From NCBI GenBank assembly GCA_963702095.1, contig OY969706.1, positions 2,016,001 through 2,080,000 of the forward strand: 64,000 nucleotides of DNA. Direction: 5' to 3'. Positions within the stretch are counted from its first letter, which is position 1. Each line of letters opens with the position of its first letter. Under the pieces are notes generated by a model. It made no database searches, was not told where the DNA came from, and saw nothing but the letters and a program-made list of their open reading frames with translations. The translations under genes and the position numbers were made by a program. Below are positions 40,114-50,667 of the stretch, one piece after another. Origin of the DNA: Candidatus Bathyarchaeota archaeon. GTDB lineage: Archaea > Thermoproteota > Bathyarchaeia > Bathyarchaeales > Bathycorpusculaceae.

Positions 40114-42948
40114 TTAGTGATAAGGCTTAAGGAAGCCTCTTTTCTCTTTAATGCTGGCTTGAGCCGCTGCTAACCGAGCCACGGGCACACGGTACGGGGA
40201 GCAACTAACATAATCAAGGTTAATTCGGTGGCAGAACTCAATCGACGAAGGTTCACCGCCGTGTTCTCCGCAGATGCCCACTTTGAGGTCAGGACGGGTC
40301 TTGCGTCCCCACTCAACAGCAATCGCCATGAGTCTGCCGACGCCTTTTACGTCGAGGATTTCAAAGGGGTTGTCTTGGAGTATTTTATGTTCGTTGTAGA
40401 AGGGCAGAAACTTGTTTTCAGCGTCTTCACGTGAGAAACTAAAGGTGGCTTGGGTTAAATCGTTAGTTCCGAAGCTGAAAAACGACGCGATTTCCGCCAG
40501 TTTACCCGCCCTCATGCAGGCACGCACCACCTCAATCATCGTGCCCACTGAGTAGGGGATGTTTATGTGGAGTTTGTCTTTGACCCGGCGTTCCACCCGC
40601 CGTATCATGCCGTAGACGCGGGTGAGCTCTTGACCGGTACAGACCTGCGGAATCATAATCTCCACTTTAACAGGGATGGTTTGCTTGATTAATTGACCCG
40701 CAGCCAACAAAACCGCTTCCACCTGCATCTCGTAGATTTCAGGGTAAGTAATGCCTAAACGGACACCACGGTGCCCCAGCATAGGATTGACTTCGCGCAG
40801 TGTACGGATTTTCTGAAGGGTTTCCATCTTCTTTTTGAGTTCAGCCACTTGAAGTTCCGCAAGGTTGGAGAGCACATGCTCGTTTTCAGTTAAAACTGGA
40901 GCAAGCGAGGGCTCGAGACTGCGAAGCATCTCTGGAAGCTGGCTTACGCTGCATAGGGCTTCTTGGCATTTTTCGAGGGTTTCAATTTCGCGTTCAATGG
41001 CTTCTTCAGAGGGCAGAAACTCATGCAGAGGCGGATCAAGCAGACGAATTGTAACGGGAAACCCCTCCATAACCCGCAAAATATCCTCGAAATCTTTTTC
41101 CTGAAGCGGCAACAGCTTCTGCAGGGCTTCCACCCGTTCCTCAACCGTATCGGCAAGTATCATATCCTGAAATAGCCCGATGCGGTCGGCAGCGTTGAAC
41201 ATACGTTCGGTTCGGCAGAGTCCAATTCCTTCAGCGCCAAACTTTAACGCGTGTTGTGCATCGACGGGTGTGTCGGCGTTTGCGCGGACCCCTAATCTGC
41301 GATACTCGTCAGCCCAATCAAGGATGGTGGTCATGTTATCGGAGATTTCGGGTTCCACCATGGGGATTTCTCCGAGCCACACTTTGCCAGAGGCGCCGTC
41401 GATGGTGATGATGGAGCCCTGAGTGATTCGGTTGGCGCCGACTTGAGCGGTTTTTTCGAATTGGTTAATTTTTATGTCGCCGGCGCCTGAAACGCATGGT
41501 TTGCCCATTCCACGAGCGACAACTGCGGCGTGACTGGTTTTGCCTCCGATAGAGGTCAAGATGCCCTCTGCAGCGAAGAAGCCATGGATATCTTCAGGCT
41601 TGGTTTGTTCACGGACAAGGATGACTTTTTTGCCTGCTTTTGCCTGCCGCTCCGCTTCGTCGGCGTCGAACACAACTTCGCCTGAAGCTGCGCCTGGAGA
41701 AGCACCCAAACCGGTGGCGACGGGGACAACTGTGTTTTCAGGGTCAATTTGGGAGTACATCAGCTGGGTAAGCTGGGCAGGGTTAAGCCTCAAAATTGCG
41801 TCTTCTTTGGTGATCAAGGCTTCGTTAACCATGTCGACGCTGGTTTTCATGCTTGCCGCCGCGTTCATTTTGGCGTTGCGGGTTTGCAGCATGTAGAGTT
41901 TGCCTTCTTGAATAGTAAACTCCATATCCTGCGGTTCATGGAAATGACGTTCCAATGTCAAGCGAACTTTATTGAGCGCATCATACGTTTCTGGCATGTT
42001 GTCCCGCATCTGTGCAATCGGCTTGGGCGTACGGATGCCAGCAACGATGTCTTCACCTTGCGCTTTGTCCAAGTAATCGCCGAACAACACGTTTTCGCCT
42101 GTGCCCGGGTCCCGTGTGAACGCCACGCCAGTAGCTGAGTTGGAGCCTAAGTTGCCAAAAACCATGGTTTGCACGTTGGCTGCGGTGCCGTTGGCAATTT
42201 TCGACGTAATCTTGAATTCACGACGGTAGTCTATAGCGCGTTTCCCGTTCCAAGAGGCAAAAACAGCTTCTATAGCCAAAAACAGCTGCTGGTAAGGGTC
42301 CTGTGGAGCGGGTTTGCCCGTGCGTTCCTGAATGATATGTTTAAAAATGCTGACTAGTTCCTGCATATCCTGAGTGGTTAATTCAAGGTCTAATTCGACT
42401 TTGCGGTCCTCTTTGAGCTTCTCCATGGCAACGTGGAATTCTTCATCGGGAATACTAAGAACGATATTACCGAATAAGGATAGGAAACGGCGGTAGCTAT
42501 CCCAGCCGAAACGTTCATCGCCACTGCGTTTGATAAGTCCCTCCACGGTTCGGTCGTTTATGCCTAAATTAAGCACGGTATCCATCATACCGGGCATTGA
42601 GATTGCGGCGCCGCTACGCACTGAAACAAGAAGGGGCTTATCGGGGTCTCCGAAACCGAGGTTCATGGCTTTCTCCACTTCCGCCATGGCGGCTTCCACT
42701 TGGTCGATTAAGCCTTCAGGAAAATGGAAACTGTTTTCAAAGTATTCCAGACAAGCCTGCGTCGTAATAACGAAACCTGATGGAACAGGCAACCCTATCT
42801 GGGTCATCTCGCAAAGACCAGCGCCTTTGCCGCCTAAGAGTTTTTTGTCTTTTCCGTTTCCTTCTTCAAACCTGTAAACGTATTTTTGAGCTGCCGTGCT
42901 TTTGGGTTCGTGTGTTTTGGCATAGCTTTGGCTGGTTTGTTCTATCAA
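40114..42948 (-). CDS. ppdK: Pyruvate, phosphate dikinase
   Basis: LGGKGAGL, VSVRSGA.SMPGMMDT, AQGED, GGKTSHAAVVARG, GIGLCRTE, EVNPMLGHRG, SFGTNDL, GICGEHGG. Confidence 0.98.
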   Translation of the reverse strand: MIEQTSQSYAKTHEPKSTAAQKYVYRFEEGNGKDKKLLGGKGAGLCEMTQIGLPVPSGFVITTQACLEYFENSFHFPEGLIDQVEAAMAEVEKAMNLGFGDPDKPLLVSVRSGAAISMPGMMDTVLNLGINDRTVEGLIKRSGDERFGWDSYRRFLSLFGNIVLSIPDEEFHVAMEKLKEDRKVELDLELTTQDMQELVSIFKHIIQERTGKPAPQDPYQQLFLAIEAVFASWNGKRAIDYRREFKITSKIANGTAANVQTMVFGNLGSNSATGVAFTRDPGTGENVLFGDYLDKAQGEDIVAGIRTPKPIAQMRDNMPETYDALNKVRLTLERHFHEPQDMEFTIQEGKLYMLQTRNAKMNAAASMKTSVDMVNEALITKEDAILRLNPAQLTQLMYSQIDPENTVVPVATGLGASPGAASGEVVFDADEAERQAKAGKKVILVREQTKPEDIHGFFAAEGILTSIGGKTSHAAVVARGMGKPCVSGAGDIKINQFEKTAQVGANRITQGSIITIDGASGKVWLGEIPMVEPEISDNMTTILDWADEYRRLGVRANADTPVDAQHALKFGAEGIGLCRTERMFNAADRIGLFQDMILADTVEERVEALQKLLPLQEKDFEDILRVMEGFPVTIRLLDPPLHEFLPSEEAIEREIETLEKCQEALCSVSQLPEMLRSLEPSLAPVLTENEHVLSNLAELQVAELKKKMETLQKIRTLREVNPMLGHRGVRLGITYPEIYEMQVEAVLLAAGQLIKQTIPVKVEIMIPQVCTGQELTRVYGMIRRVERRVKDKLHINIPYSVGTMIEVVRACMRAGKLAEIASFFSFGTNDLTQATFSFSREDAENKFLPFYNEHKILQDNPFEILDVKGVGRLMAIAVEWGRKTRPDLKVGICGEHGGEPSSIEFCHRINLDYVSCSPYRVPVARLAAAQASIKEKRGFLKPYH

Positions 42949-43184
42949 AAATATTCCTCACGTTAGCGAGGGGGAGTTGTAAAATAAATGTATGTGGTTG
43001 TAGGTGTAAGCCAACATAAAGAGCTTGATGGTTTTGCTTCAGGATGTAAGGGAGAACGTATAAACAAAAAATTGTGTGAGGCAAAATCCTAAAAAACAAG
43101 TTTTTTCTTATTTACTAAGGCAACATTCAATGTAATTTTGGGTTAACTTCGGCAGAGGTTTAATCGCTAACAATAGGTGATTTA

Positions 43185-43628
43185 ATGGTTTTAGCTCAGG
43201 CAGATGTAATCTCAAGCATCAGGGAGCACCTCCAAAAAAGAGGATTCAAAGTCTCTCATTCCATCGACAAAGACTCCATCGAATTCTATGCGGAAAAAAA
43301 CCGTGAAAAATTCGTAATAGAAGGGATATGGGAGACTGAACCGCCGAACCCAAAAAAAATCACCTATGCACTTGGCAAAATTGTAAAGCGAATGAAAGAG
43401 CGGGGATTCTGGATTTATTATGGAATCGCCATGCCGAAAAGCTACTTCAGGCTCCTAAGCGAGTTTGAGGTAACTGGATTTGAGACGTTGGGGCTTCATT
43501 TGTTTTTGGTGGAAAGTTTCTATGAAGTGTCACATCTTGACCCCAAGATGGCTATTGAACTAATTGAGGATGTTAAAACTGGCAACATAACCGATGAATA
43601 TGTTTGGAGCATCAATTATGGATTGTAG
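43185..43628 (+). CDS. Hypothetical protein, restriction-endonuclease-like fold (catalytic residues degenerate)
   Basis: L.KRGFKV..IEFYAEK....VIEG..ALGKIV.RM..YGIA.P pattern; GGTGA RBS. Confidence 0.6.
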   Translation: MVLAQADVISSIREHLQKRGFKVSHSIDKDSIEFYAEKNREKFVIEGIWETEPPNPKKITYALGKIVKRMKERGFWIYYGIAMPKSYFRLLSEFEVTGFETLGLHLFLVESFYEVSHLDPKMAIELIEDVKTGNITDEYVWSINYGL

Positions 43629-43772
43629 ATAGCGCAGTTTTTGCGGAATTGCCTAGGAGCAACTCGATAAGAGCCGCTGACAAAAATTTTAACAAGAGTT
43701 TACACTTCGATTTGGGAAAATGCTTTAAAGCAATCCCATCAACCTAAGGGGCTAAGCGGGTAATCCCTCGGC

Positions 43773-44687
43773 ATGGCAGAACAAAAAGAGAAGAAAGAAA
43801 AAAAGAAAACAGCATTCGATTACCACTCGTCGCGGTTTTTTGCGCTAGTATTCCCCGCCATCTACTTAGCCGCCATAGCCGTCTTCAGTTTAATCTACCA
43901 CATTATCCCCGGACCTGAACTGATTATCTTGGCGTTTCTGATCTACGCAGCCTACAACAAAACCACTTGGCGGTTCCTCAAAGACTGGCTGCCCTTCATC
44001 ACGGTGTTTGTTTCCTACGAAATCCTCTATGGCTTCGTCGGCAGCGTCGCCGCAAACAATCTCCACAGCGGACCCTACAACCTTGAATTAGGCTTGTTTG
44101 GGCAACTGCCAAGCATTACCCTGCAGCAAACCATACGTTTGCCCACACTGGATTATCTGGGCGCCTTCTTCTACTCCCTGCACTTCTTTGCCCCCACCAT
44201 CTTCGCCTTCATCCTCTGGAAGGTGAGCCCAAAAAACTACTGGAAATACACTGTGGCTTTCGGCGTACTCACATATGCTGCTTTGATAACTTTCCTGTTT
44301 TATCCTGTGGCGCCGCCTTGGATTGAAGTCCCAGGAAGCGTTAGCCGCATACTAACTAGTTCAGTAGACCACAGTTTAGGCATTCCAGTTTACAAGACAC
44401 TCTTTGACTTCCTCAGCCCAGACCTATACGCTGCCTTCCCCAGCATGCACTCGGCACTGCCCCTGCTGATTTCGCTCTTCTCCATCAAAATCTGGAGAAA
44501 AAAAGCCCTGCCGATACTCATTTTCCCCGTAGGCGTATGGTTTAGTGCAGTTTACCTCGGCGAACACTACATCGTGGATGTGTTGGGCGGAATCGCTTAT
44601 GCGGTCGTCGCCTTTGTTGCGGTCGAGAAGTTGTTGCCTCTGATTTCAAGCCGAAGCAGTTTCCTAAAGAAGCACCTGCCAATCTAA
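43773..44687 (+). CDS. PAP2-superfamily membrane enzyme (AUR1/IPT1-like)
   Basis: YPVAPPW, AAFPSMH and VYLGEHY.VD motifs; multiple TM helices. Confidence 0.88.
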   Translation: MAEQKEKKEKKKTAFDYHSSRFFALVFPAIYLAAIAVFSLIYHIIPGPELIILAFLIYAAYNKTTWRFLKDWLPFITVFVSYEILYGFVGSVAANNLHSGPYNLELGLFGQLPSITLQQTIRLPTLDYLGAFFYSLHFFAPTIFAFILWKVSPKNYWKYTVAFGVLTYAALITFLFYPVAPPWIEVPGSVSRILTSSVDHSLGIPVYKTLFDFLSPDLYAAFPSMHSALPLLISLFSIKIWRKKALPILIFPVGVWFSAVYLGEHYIVDVLGGIAYAVVAFVAVEKLLPLISSRSSFLKKHLPI

Positions 44688-44814
44688 AAGTGCTAGCGGC
44701 ATTTCTTTGACCAAGGATAGAGATTATTCCCAAGAAAAAGGGGAACCAACCCTAGCTCCGTTTAATTCAATGATAATAAAAAAGTTTGCAGTTGAAGGTA
44801 TGTTGCTTGGCTAA

Positions 44815-45395
<581 letters not shown>

Positions 45396-45405
45396 AACAA
45401 TCCCT

Positions 45406-45858
45406 TTACTTAACGATTAATACGGGACAGAGAGAATACTCAATTACTCTTTCTGCAACGCTGCCTAAAAGAATTCTCTCTGCACCACGGCGGCCATACG
45501 TTCCCATCACAATCAAATCCACTTCCAAACCCTTAGCGAACCCCGTGATCTGCTCAAACGGCCTACCCTTTGCAACAATGGAGGAGACTTTAACATTTTC
45601 TTTCTCTGCGAGACCGACAACATAGTTTACGTTGCGTTGGCCGTCAGCTTTGAGTTCACCTTCGATGTCTGCTTGCTCGATGGACTGAGAAAACTTTTCG
45701 ACAATCAATTCGTCCACGACGTAGAGGACTATGATTTCGGCGTTGTGGGTTTTTGCGATGCTTATGGCATACTCTGCCGCGCGGATGCTGTAGCCTGAAC
45801 CGTCGGTGGGAACAAGTATTTTCTGGATTGTTTGAGAACTAAACTTTTTCAATCTCAC
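45406..45858 (-). CDS. Universal stress protein (USP)
   Basis: ILVPTDGS, DLIVMGTYGRRG..LLGSVAERV..CPVLIVK; overlaps the atpD stop. Confidence 0.95.
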   Translation of the reverse strand: MRLKKFSSQTIQKILVPTDGSGYSIRAAEYAISIAKTHNAEIIVLYVVDELIVEKFSQSIEQADIEGELKADGQRNVNYVVGLAEKENVKVSSIVAKGRPFEQITGFAKGLEVDLIVMGTYGRRGAERILLGSVAERVIEYSLCPVLIVK

Positions 45859-46493
45859 AATCTCCTTCTATGGCCGCTAATCATCGATTTAATCCTTTTA
45901 GTGCGGACGAATTCTTCGCGTTCCTTCTCCTCCAAAACCAACTCGATCCACTTAGCGGTGCTGCGGTATCTTGGAATCAACACGTGGTTGAGGGCGTTGA
46001 CTCTGCGCTGGGTTCGGCGGACATCGTTTGCAATCTGGAAAGTGGTGCCTTCAGCTTGGGCTAAATGCGACAGTATTTTGATGACTTTGTAGAAGTGTTT
46101 GAAGGCGCGGTCGAGTTCAACGTTGGTGTTTGCGAAGCCGTAGTCGGGTTTAACGTCGGTTTCGCCTTGGAAGGTTACAAGGGGAACAGTGACGCCCATG
46201 ATGCTGCGGAAATCTTCAAGGTACTCAGCCTTGTTGGTGGAGCCTAACGCGACGTTAGCTATGGTTTCTGAGCCTTTAGCTATGCTGGCTTCGCGCAGAC
46301 TCACATAGGCTTTACGTAGCTCCTCTGAGAGGTCAGCGCGTGTTCGCTCTGCATCGTAGATGCTGTTGCGGAGTTCACGGAGGAGTATGTCGCGTTTGCG
46401 TTCCAGCACTTCCCGTCCAGACTCCGCGAGTTTAAGCGTTTTTTTGGTTTGTATAAGGTTGATTCTGGTGGGGCTGATGTTTTCCTGCGACAT
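45855..46493 (-). CDS. atpD: A/V-type ATP synthase subunit D
   Basis: PTRINL..LERKRD.L; RTQRRVNAL..LIP; LEEKEREEF.R.K. Confidence 0.96.
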   Translation of the reverse strand: MSQENISPTRINLIQTKKTLKLAESGREVLERKRDILLRELRNSIYDAERTRADLSEELRKAYVSLREASIAKGSETIANVALGSTNKAEYLEDFRSIMGVTVPLVTFQGETDVKPDYGFANTNVELDRAFKHFYKVIKILSHLAQAEGTTFQIANDVRRTQRRVNALNHVLIPRYRSTAKWIELVLEEKEREEFVRTKRIKSMISGHRRRL

Positions 46494-46496
46494 CTT

Positions 46497-47894
46497 CTAT
46501 GTTGCCTCAGCATCAGTTTTGGGACAATACTTCTGAATATACTCTGGTTTTATGCTTGTTAACTCTTCTTCCGGCAAATCGGAGAGTGCATCCCAGGCGA
46601 TAGAGAGGGTTTGCTCGATGGTTCGGTTCTCGTTTTTGCCCTGGTTGATGAGGGTTTTCTCGAAGAATTCGCCGAAACGGAGGTACTCTTTGTCTCTGCT
46701 GCCTAAGCCTTCCTCGCCGATGATTGTAACCAAGGATTTAACCGAGTTGTACTGGGCATAGGCGGCATAGAGTTGGGCGGCTACGTTGGCGTGGTCTTCT
46801 CGGGTGCTGCCTGCGCCGATGCCGTCTTTCATCAGTCTGGAAAGGCTGGTTGAAATGTAGATCGGCGGGTAAATGCCCTGTTTTTCGAGACTGCGGCTAA
46901 GCACAATTTGTCCTTCAGTGATGTAGCCTGTTAAGTCGGGGATGGGGTGGGTGATATCGTCGTTTGGCATAGTTAAGATAGGCATCTGGGTGATACTGCC
47001 TTTCTTGCCTGTAATCCTGCCTGCCCGTTCATAGATGCTGGCTAAGTCACTGTACATGTAGCCGGGGTAGCCTTTGCGGCTTGGCACTTCCTCCATAGCT
47101 GAACTGACTTCCCTTAGCGCCTCACAGTAGTTAGTCATATCCGTCATAACAACGAGCACGTGGGAGTCTTGGTCAAAGGCAAGGTACTCCGCCAAAGTCA
47201 AGCCAGCACGCGGCGTAATGATACGTTCAACCGGGGGGTCTTCAGCAAGATTGAGGAACATGGCAACGTTTTTGATGGCACCTGTTTCTTCAAAGCTCTT
47301 CTGGAAGAAAGCCGCGTCGTCGTGTTCGAGTCCCATGGCGATGAAGACGATGTTGAAGGGTTCGTTGGCGCTGCGGATTTGTGCTTGGCGGACGATTTGA
47401 GCGGCTAATTCGTTGTGGCTCAATCCTGGACCAGAGAACACTGGAAGTTTCTGTCCGCGGACTAGGCTGGTTAAGCCGTCGATGGCGGATATGCCGGTTT
47501 GGATGAAGTCTTTGGGGTAAGCGCGTGCAGTTGGGTTAAGTGGGAACCCGTTGACGTCGCGTTTTTCTTCGCTGAAGAAGCGTGGGTGACCGTCGATGGG
47601 TTCGCCGAAGCTGTTCATGACTCGCCCCAGCATTTCCGTGGACACCGGCACTTCTAGGGGTCTGTTGAGGAAGCGGGTGCGTGTCGCCGAAAGGGACAAT
47701 CCTGTGGTGCCTTCGAAAACCTGCACTGTAACGGCTTTCTGGGTTACTTGGATGACTTTGCCGAGGCGGGTTTCGCCGGTTTGGGTTTTGACTGCGACCA
47801 ATTCGTCGTAGCCGACTTGCTTAACGTTCTCGACTACTATGATTGGTCCTGAAATTGAAGCTACGCCTTTATACTCAAGTCCTGTTCCTGCCAT
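46497..47894 (-). CDS. atpB: A/V-type ATP synthase subunit B
   Basis: [52 protein letters not shown]. Confidence 0.98.
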   Translation of the reverse strand: MAGTGLEYKGVASISGPIIVVENVKQVGYDELVAVKTQTGETRLGKVIQVTQKAVTVQVFEGTTGLSLSATRTRFLNRPLEVPVSTEMLGRVMNSFGEPIDGHPRFFSEEKRDVNGFPLNPTARAYPKDFIQTGISAIDGLTSLVRGQKLPVFSGPGLSHNELAAQIVRQAQIRSANEPFNIVFIAMGLEHDDAAFFQKSFEETGAIKNVAMFLNLAEDPPVERIITPRAGLTLAEYLAFDQDSHVLVVMTDMTNYCEALREVSSAMEEVPSRKGYPGYMYSDLASIYERAGRITGKKGSITQMPILTMPNDDITHPIPDLTGYITEGQIVLSRSLEKQGIYPPIYISTSLSRLMKDGIGAGSTREDHANVAAQLYAAYAQYNSVKSLVTIIGEEGLGSRDKEYLRFGEFFEKTLINQGKNENRTIEQTLSIAWDALSDLPEEELTSIKPEYIQKYCPKTDAEAT

Positions 47895-47900
47895 AGGGAT

Positions 47901-49670
47901 CTACCTCAAAGTTGCCTCCAACACAACAAAATTCTCATTCATACGCGTCTCTAAATCATCCAGTTTCCCCACTTGGTCGTTGGGAATCTGGTTTTTCATA
48001 CGCATAATTTCTTCTACAACCGTTAACTCTGTTACTTTGAATATGGGTGCGCCTTTACTCACTACGTCTTCGGCGAGACGGTGGAAGTCCACGATGATTT
48101 TTAGCATCTTGAACTGTTTTTGGGGGCTGCAGTAGGTGTCGATGGGGTCAAGCGCGTTTTGCTGCAGAAAAGCGATGCGGATGATGCGGGCGGTTTCCAA
48201 GAGTAGGCGCTGTTTGTCGGGGAGTGCTTCGGGACCCACAAGTTTAACGATGTTTTTGAGTTCATCTTCGGCTTGCAAGATGCGCATGGCTTCTTCGCGG
48301 TAACTGTTCCATTTACTATCGATGTTATCGTGCCACCAGCCGGCGAGGTCAACGATGTAGCCACTGTAACTTTGCATCCAGTTAATGGAGGGGTAGTGGC
48401 GTGCGTCTGCAAGTTCAGCGTCAAGCGCCCAGAACACTCGGGTGAAACGTTTAGTGTGCTGTGTAACTGGCTCTGAGAAGTCTCCGCCTGGAGGCGAAAC
48501 CGCTCCGATGGCACAGATTGAGCCGACGCGGTTGCCGCTGCCCAATGTTTGGACGACACCTGTGCGTTCATAGAACTCAGCGAGGCGCGAAGGCAAATAG
48601 CTTGGGAAACCTTCTTCAGCGGGCATTTCTTCGAGTCTGCCTGAAACTTCACGGAGCGCTTCTGCCCATCTGCTGGTTGAGTCAGCCATCAACGCCACGG
48701 CGTAGCCCATGTCGCGGTAGTATTCTGCGATGGCTATTCCTGTGTAGATGCTGGCTTCGCGGGCGGACACTGGCATGTTGCTTGTGTTGGCGATGAGGAT
48801 TGTGCGTTCCATTAGTGGGTGACCTGTGGTGGGGTCGATGAGTTTGGGGAAGCTGTCGAGCACATCGACCATTTCGTTACCGCGTTCTCCACAGCCCACG
48901 TAGATTACTATGTTGGCGTCTGACCATTTCGCGAGTTGTTGTTGAGTAACGGTTTTGCCTGCGCCGAAGGGTCCGGGGATAGAGGCGCTTCCGCCTTTGG
49001 CGATGGGGAAGAATGTGTCGATGACACGTTGCCCCGTAATTAGAGGACTGAATGCGAAGAGGCGTTTGATGTGGGGACGGGGGCTTCGGACTGGCCATTG
49101 TTGGAGCATGGCAACTTCGGTTTTCGCGCCGTTGTTATCCAAAGTGGCGATGGAGTCTGTGATTGTATATTCGCCCTGTGACACAATTTTCTTTACTGTG
49201 CCCTGTACACCTATGGGAACCATAACACGGTGCTCAACCAAGTCGGATTCTTGAACTGTACCCAAAATGTCGCCGCCGACCACTTTTTCGCCGATTTGAG
49301 CTTTGGGTGTAAACATCCATTTTTTTGTTCTGGAGAGCGCCGTGACTCCTTTGACTTGTTTGATGAATGGGCCGGTGAGTTCTTTTAGTGTTTCTAGCGG
49401 CCTCTGTATGCCGTCGAAAGTGTTGCCCACTAAGCCCGGTCCCAACTCAACTGAGAGGGGGCTGCCTGTGCCTACGACGGGTTCGTCGAGTTTTAAGCCG
49501 GTGGTGTTCTGGTAAACTTGGATAGTGGCGAATTCGCCTTCTAAACGGATGATTTCGCCGATTAAGCCGTCATGTCCCACTTCGACCATTTCATGCATAA
49601 CCGCGTCTGACATGCCTTTGGCTTCCACGACGGGTCCTGCAACACGTATAACGCTGCCTTCAACAGTCAT
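47901..49670 (-). CDS. atpA: A/V-type ATP synthase subunit A
   Basis: GPFGAGKTV, GCGERGNEM, NTSNMPV.AREAS, DSTSRWAEALRE; no intein. Confidence 0.98.
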   Translation of the reverse strand: MTVEGSVIRVAGPVVEAKGMSDAVMHEMVEVGHDGLIGEIIRLEGEFATIQVYQNTTGLKLDEPVVGTGSPLSVELGPGLVGNTFDGIQRPLETLKELTGPFIKQVKGVTALSRTKKWMFTPKAQIGEKVVGGDILGTVQESDLVEHRVMVPIGVQGTVKKIVSQGEYTITDSIATLDNNGAKTEVAMLQQWPVRSPRPHIKRLFAFSPLITGQRVIDTFFPIAKGGSASIPGPFGAGKTVTQQQLAKWSDANIVIYVGCGERGNEMVDVLDSFPKLIDPTTGHPLMERTILIANTSNMPVSAREASIYTGIAIAEYYRDMGYAVALMADSTSRWAEALREVSGRLEEMPAEEGFPSYLPSRLAEFYERTGVVQTLGSGNRVGSICAIGAVSPPGGDFSEPVTQHTKRFTRVFWALDAELADARHYPSINWMQSYSGYIVDLAGWWHDNIDSKWNSYREEAMRILQAEDELKNIVKLVGPEALPDKQRLLLETARIIRIAFLQQNALDPIDTYCSPQKQFKMLKIIVDFHRLAEDVVSKGAPIFKVTELTVVEEIMRMKNQIPNDQVGKLDDLETRMNENFVVLEATLR

Positions 49671-50290
49671 TGCGGGGTCTCTCCAAAGAGTTGTTTAGCT
49701 ACTTGTACACGCAGTTGAGGTTTAAGTTCCTCTAGGCGGTTATCGAGAGTGGCGTCGTAGATTATTTTGCCGTCGCCGCTTTGGATTTTGCATCCGCCAA
49801 TGTAGTCTTCAGTTTTCTCAGAAAGTTGAAGGTCACTGTGGATTTTCTCGGAGGTTTTTTCGAGCATATCTTGGGTTAACCAACCTTTATCTTTGGCGTT
49901 AACTTGAACAATGAGGTTTTTTTGCCCCATCTTTTTAGCAGTGTCCTCTATGAGGGTGAGGAGATAGTCATTGTATTCGCTGCTTTGGGCAAAATTCTTG
50001 AGTTTCTCCGTCGCCTTCTCAAAAGCTGCATCCACCAAATCCTCTTTTGCTTGAAGCAGGCGGTTTCGCACTTCAACCTCTGCAACCGAAGCGATTTTAC
50101 GTTTCTCTGCCTCAGCTCTATGTTTAGCTTGAACAATTATTGCACGGTAGTTTTCTTTCGCTTTTTCGTTAGCGACTTTCAAGCTTTCTTTAGCTTGGTT
50201 TTCAGCAGCCAAGATGAGTGTTTCAGCTTCTTTCTGCACGTCGCCGATGACTTCGTTGGCAATCCCGGATATTCCAGTTTTAACAGTCAT
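49667..50290 (-). CDS. atpE: A/V-type ATP synthase subunit E
   Basis: N-terminal charged helix; IGGCKI..DG.I.YDATL..RL; operon position. Confidence 0.92.
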   Translation of the reverse strand: MTVKTGISGIANEVIGDVQKEAETLILAAENQAKESLKVANEKAKENYRAIIVQAKHRAEAEKRKIASVAEVEVRNRLLQAKEDLVDAAFEKATEKLKNFAQSSEYNDYLLTLIEDTAKKMGQKNLIVQVNAKDKGWLTQDMLEKTSEKIHSDLQLSEKTEDYIGGCKIQSGDGKIIYDATLDNRLEELKPQLRVQVAKQLFGETPQ

Positions 50291-50300
50291 AAATTCCACT

Positions 50301-50610
50301 CTACATCTTTATGCCCAATATTTTACTGATGGTATCGGAGAGTTTCACTTCTGTTTGGGGACCTTTACTGCCAGGGCAACTCGACGATTAAGGGGGTTAC
50401 GCGTTCCTGGCGGATCCTGTCGATTTGATCACGGATGGCGGGGTCCCTGGAGAAGGCTTCGCTGATGATAATTATAACTATGTCGCTGCGTGCAAGGGCT
50501 TTGTCTAAGGCGTGCCTTACTTCATCAAGGGAGTTAGCTTCTGCGCCTTCGAGCCCGATGAGCTTAAAGCCAGTGAGCATGTCACTATCCCCGATTACAT
50601 AGCCAATCAT
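50301..50610 (-). CDS. atpF: A/V-type ATP synthase subunit F (one extra base at 50374-50376)
   Basis: VIGD.D.LTGF.L.G..D..III.SE..P.IVELP; removing one C extends the protein as GSKGPQTEVKLSDTISKILGIKM to TAG at 50301-50303. Confidence 0.9.
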
Positions 50611-50667
50611 GCACTCACCTAATATAACTTTAAATGCTTGTTAGCAAATTCAAAATTACTGTTAAAA

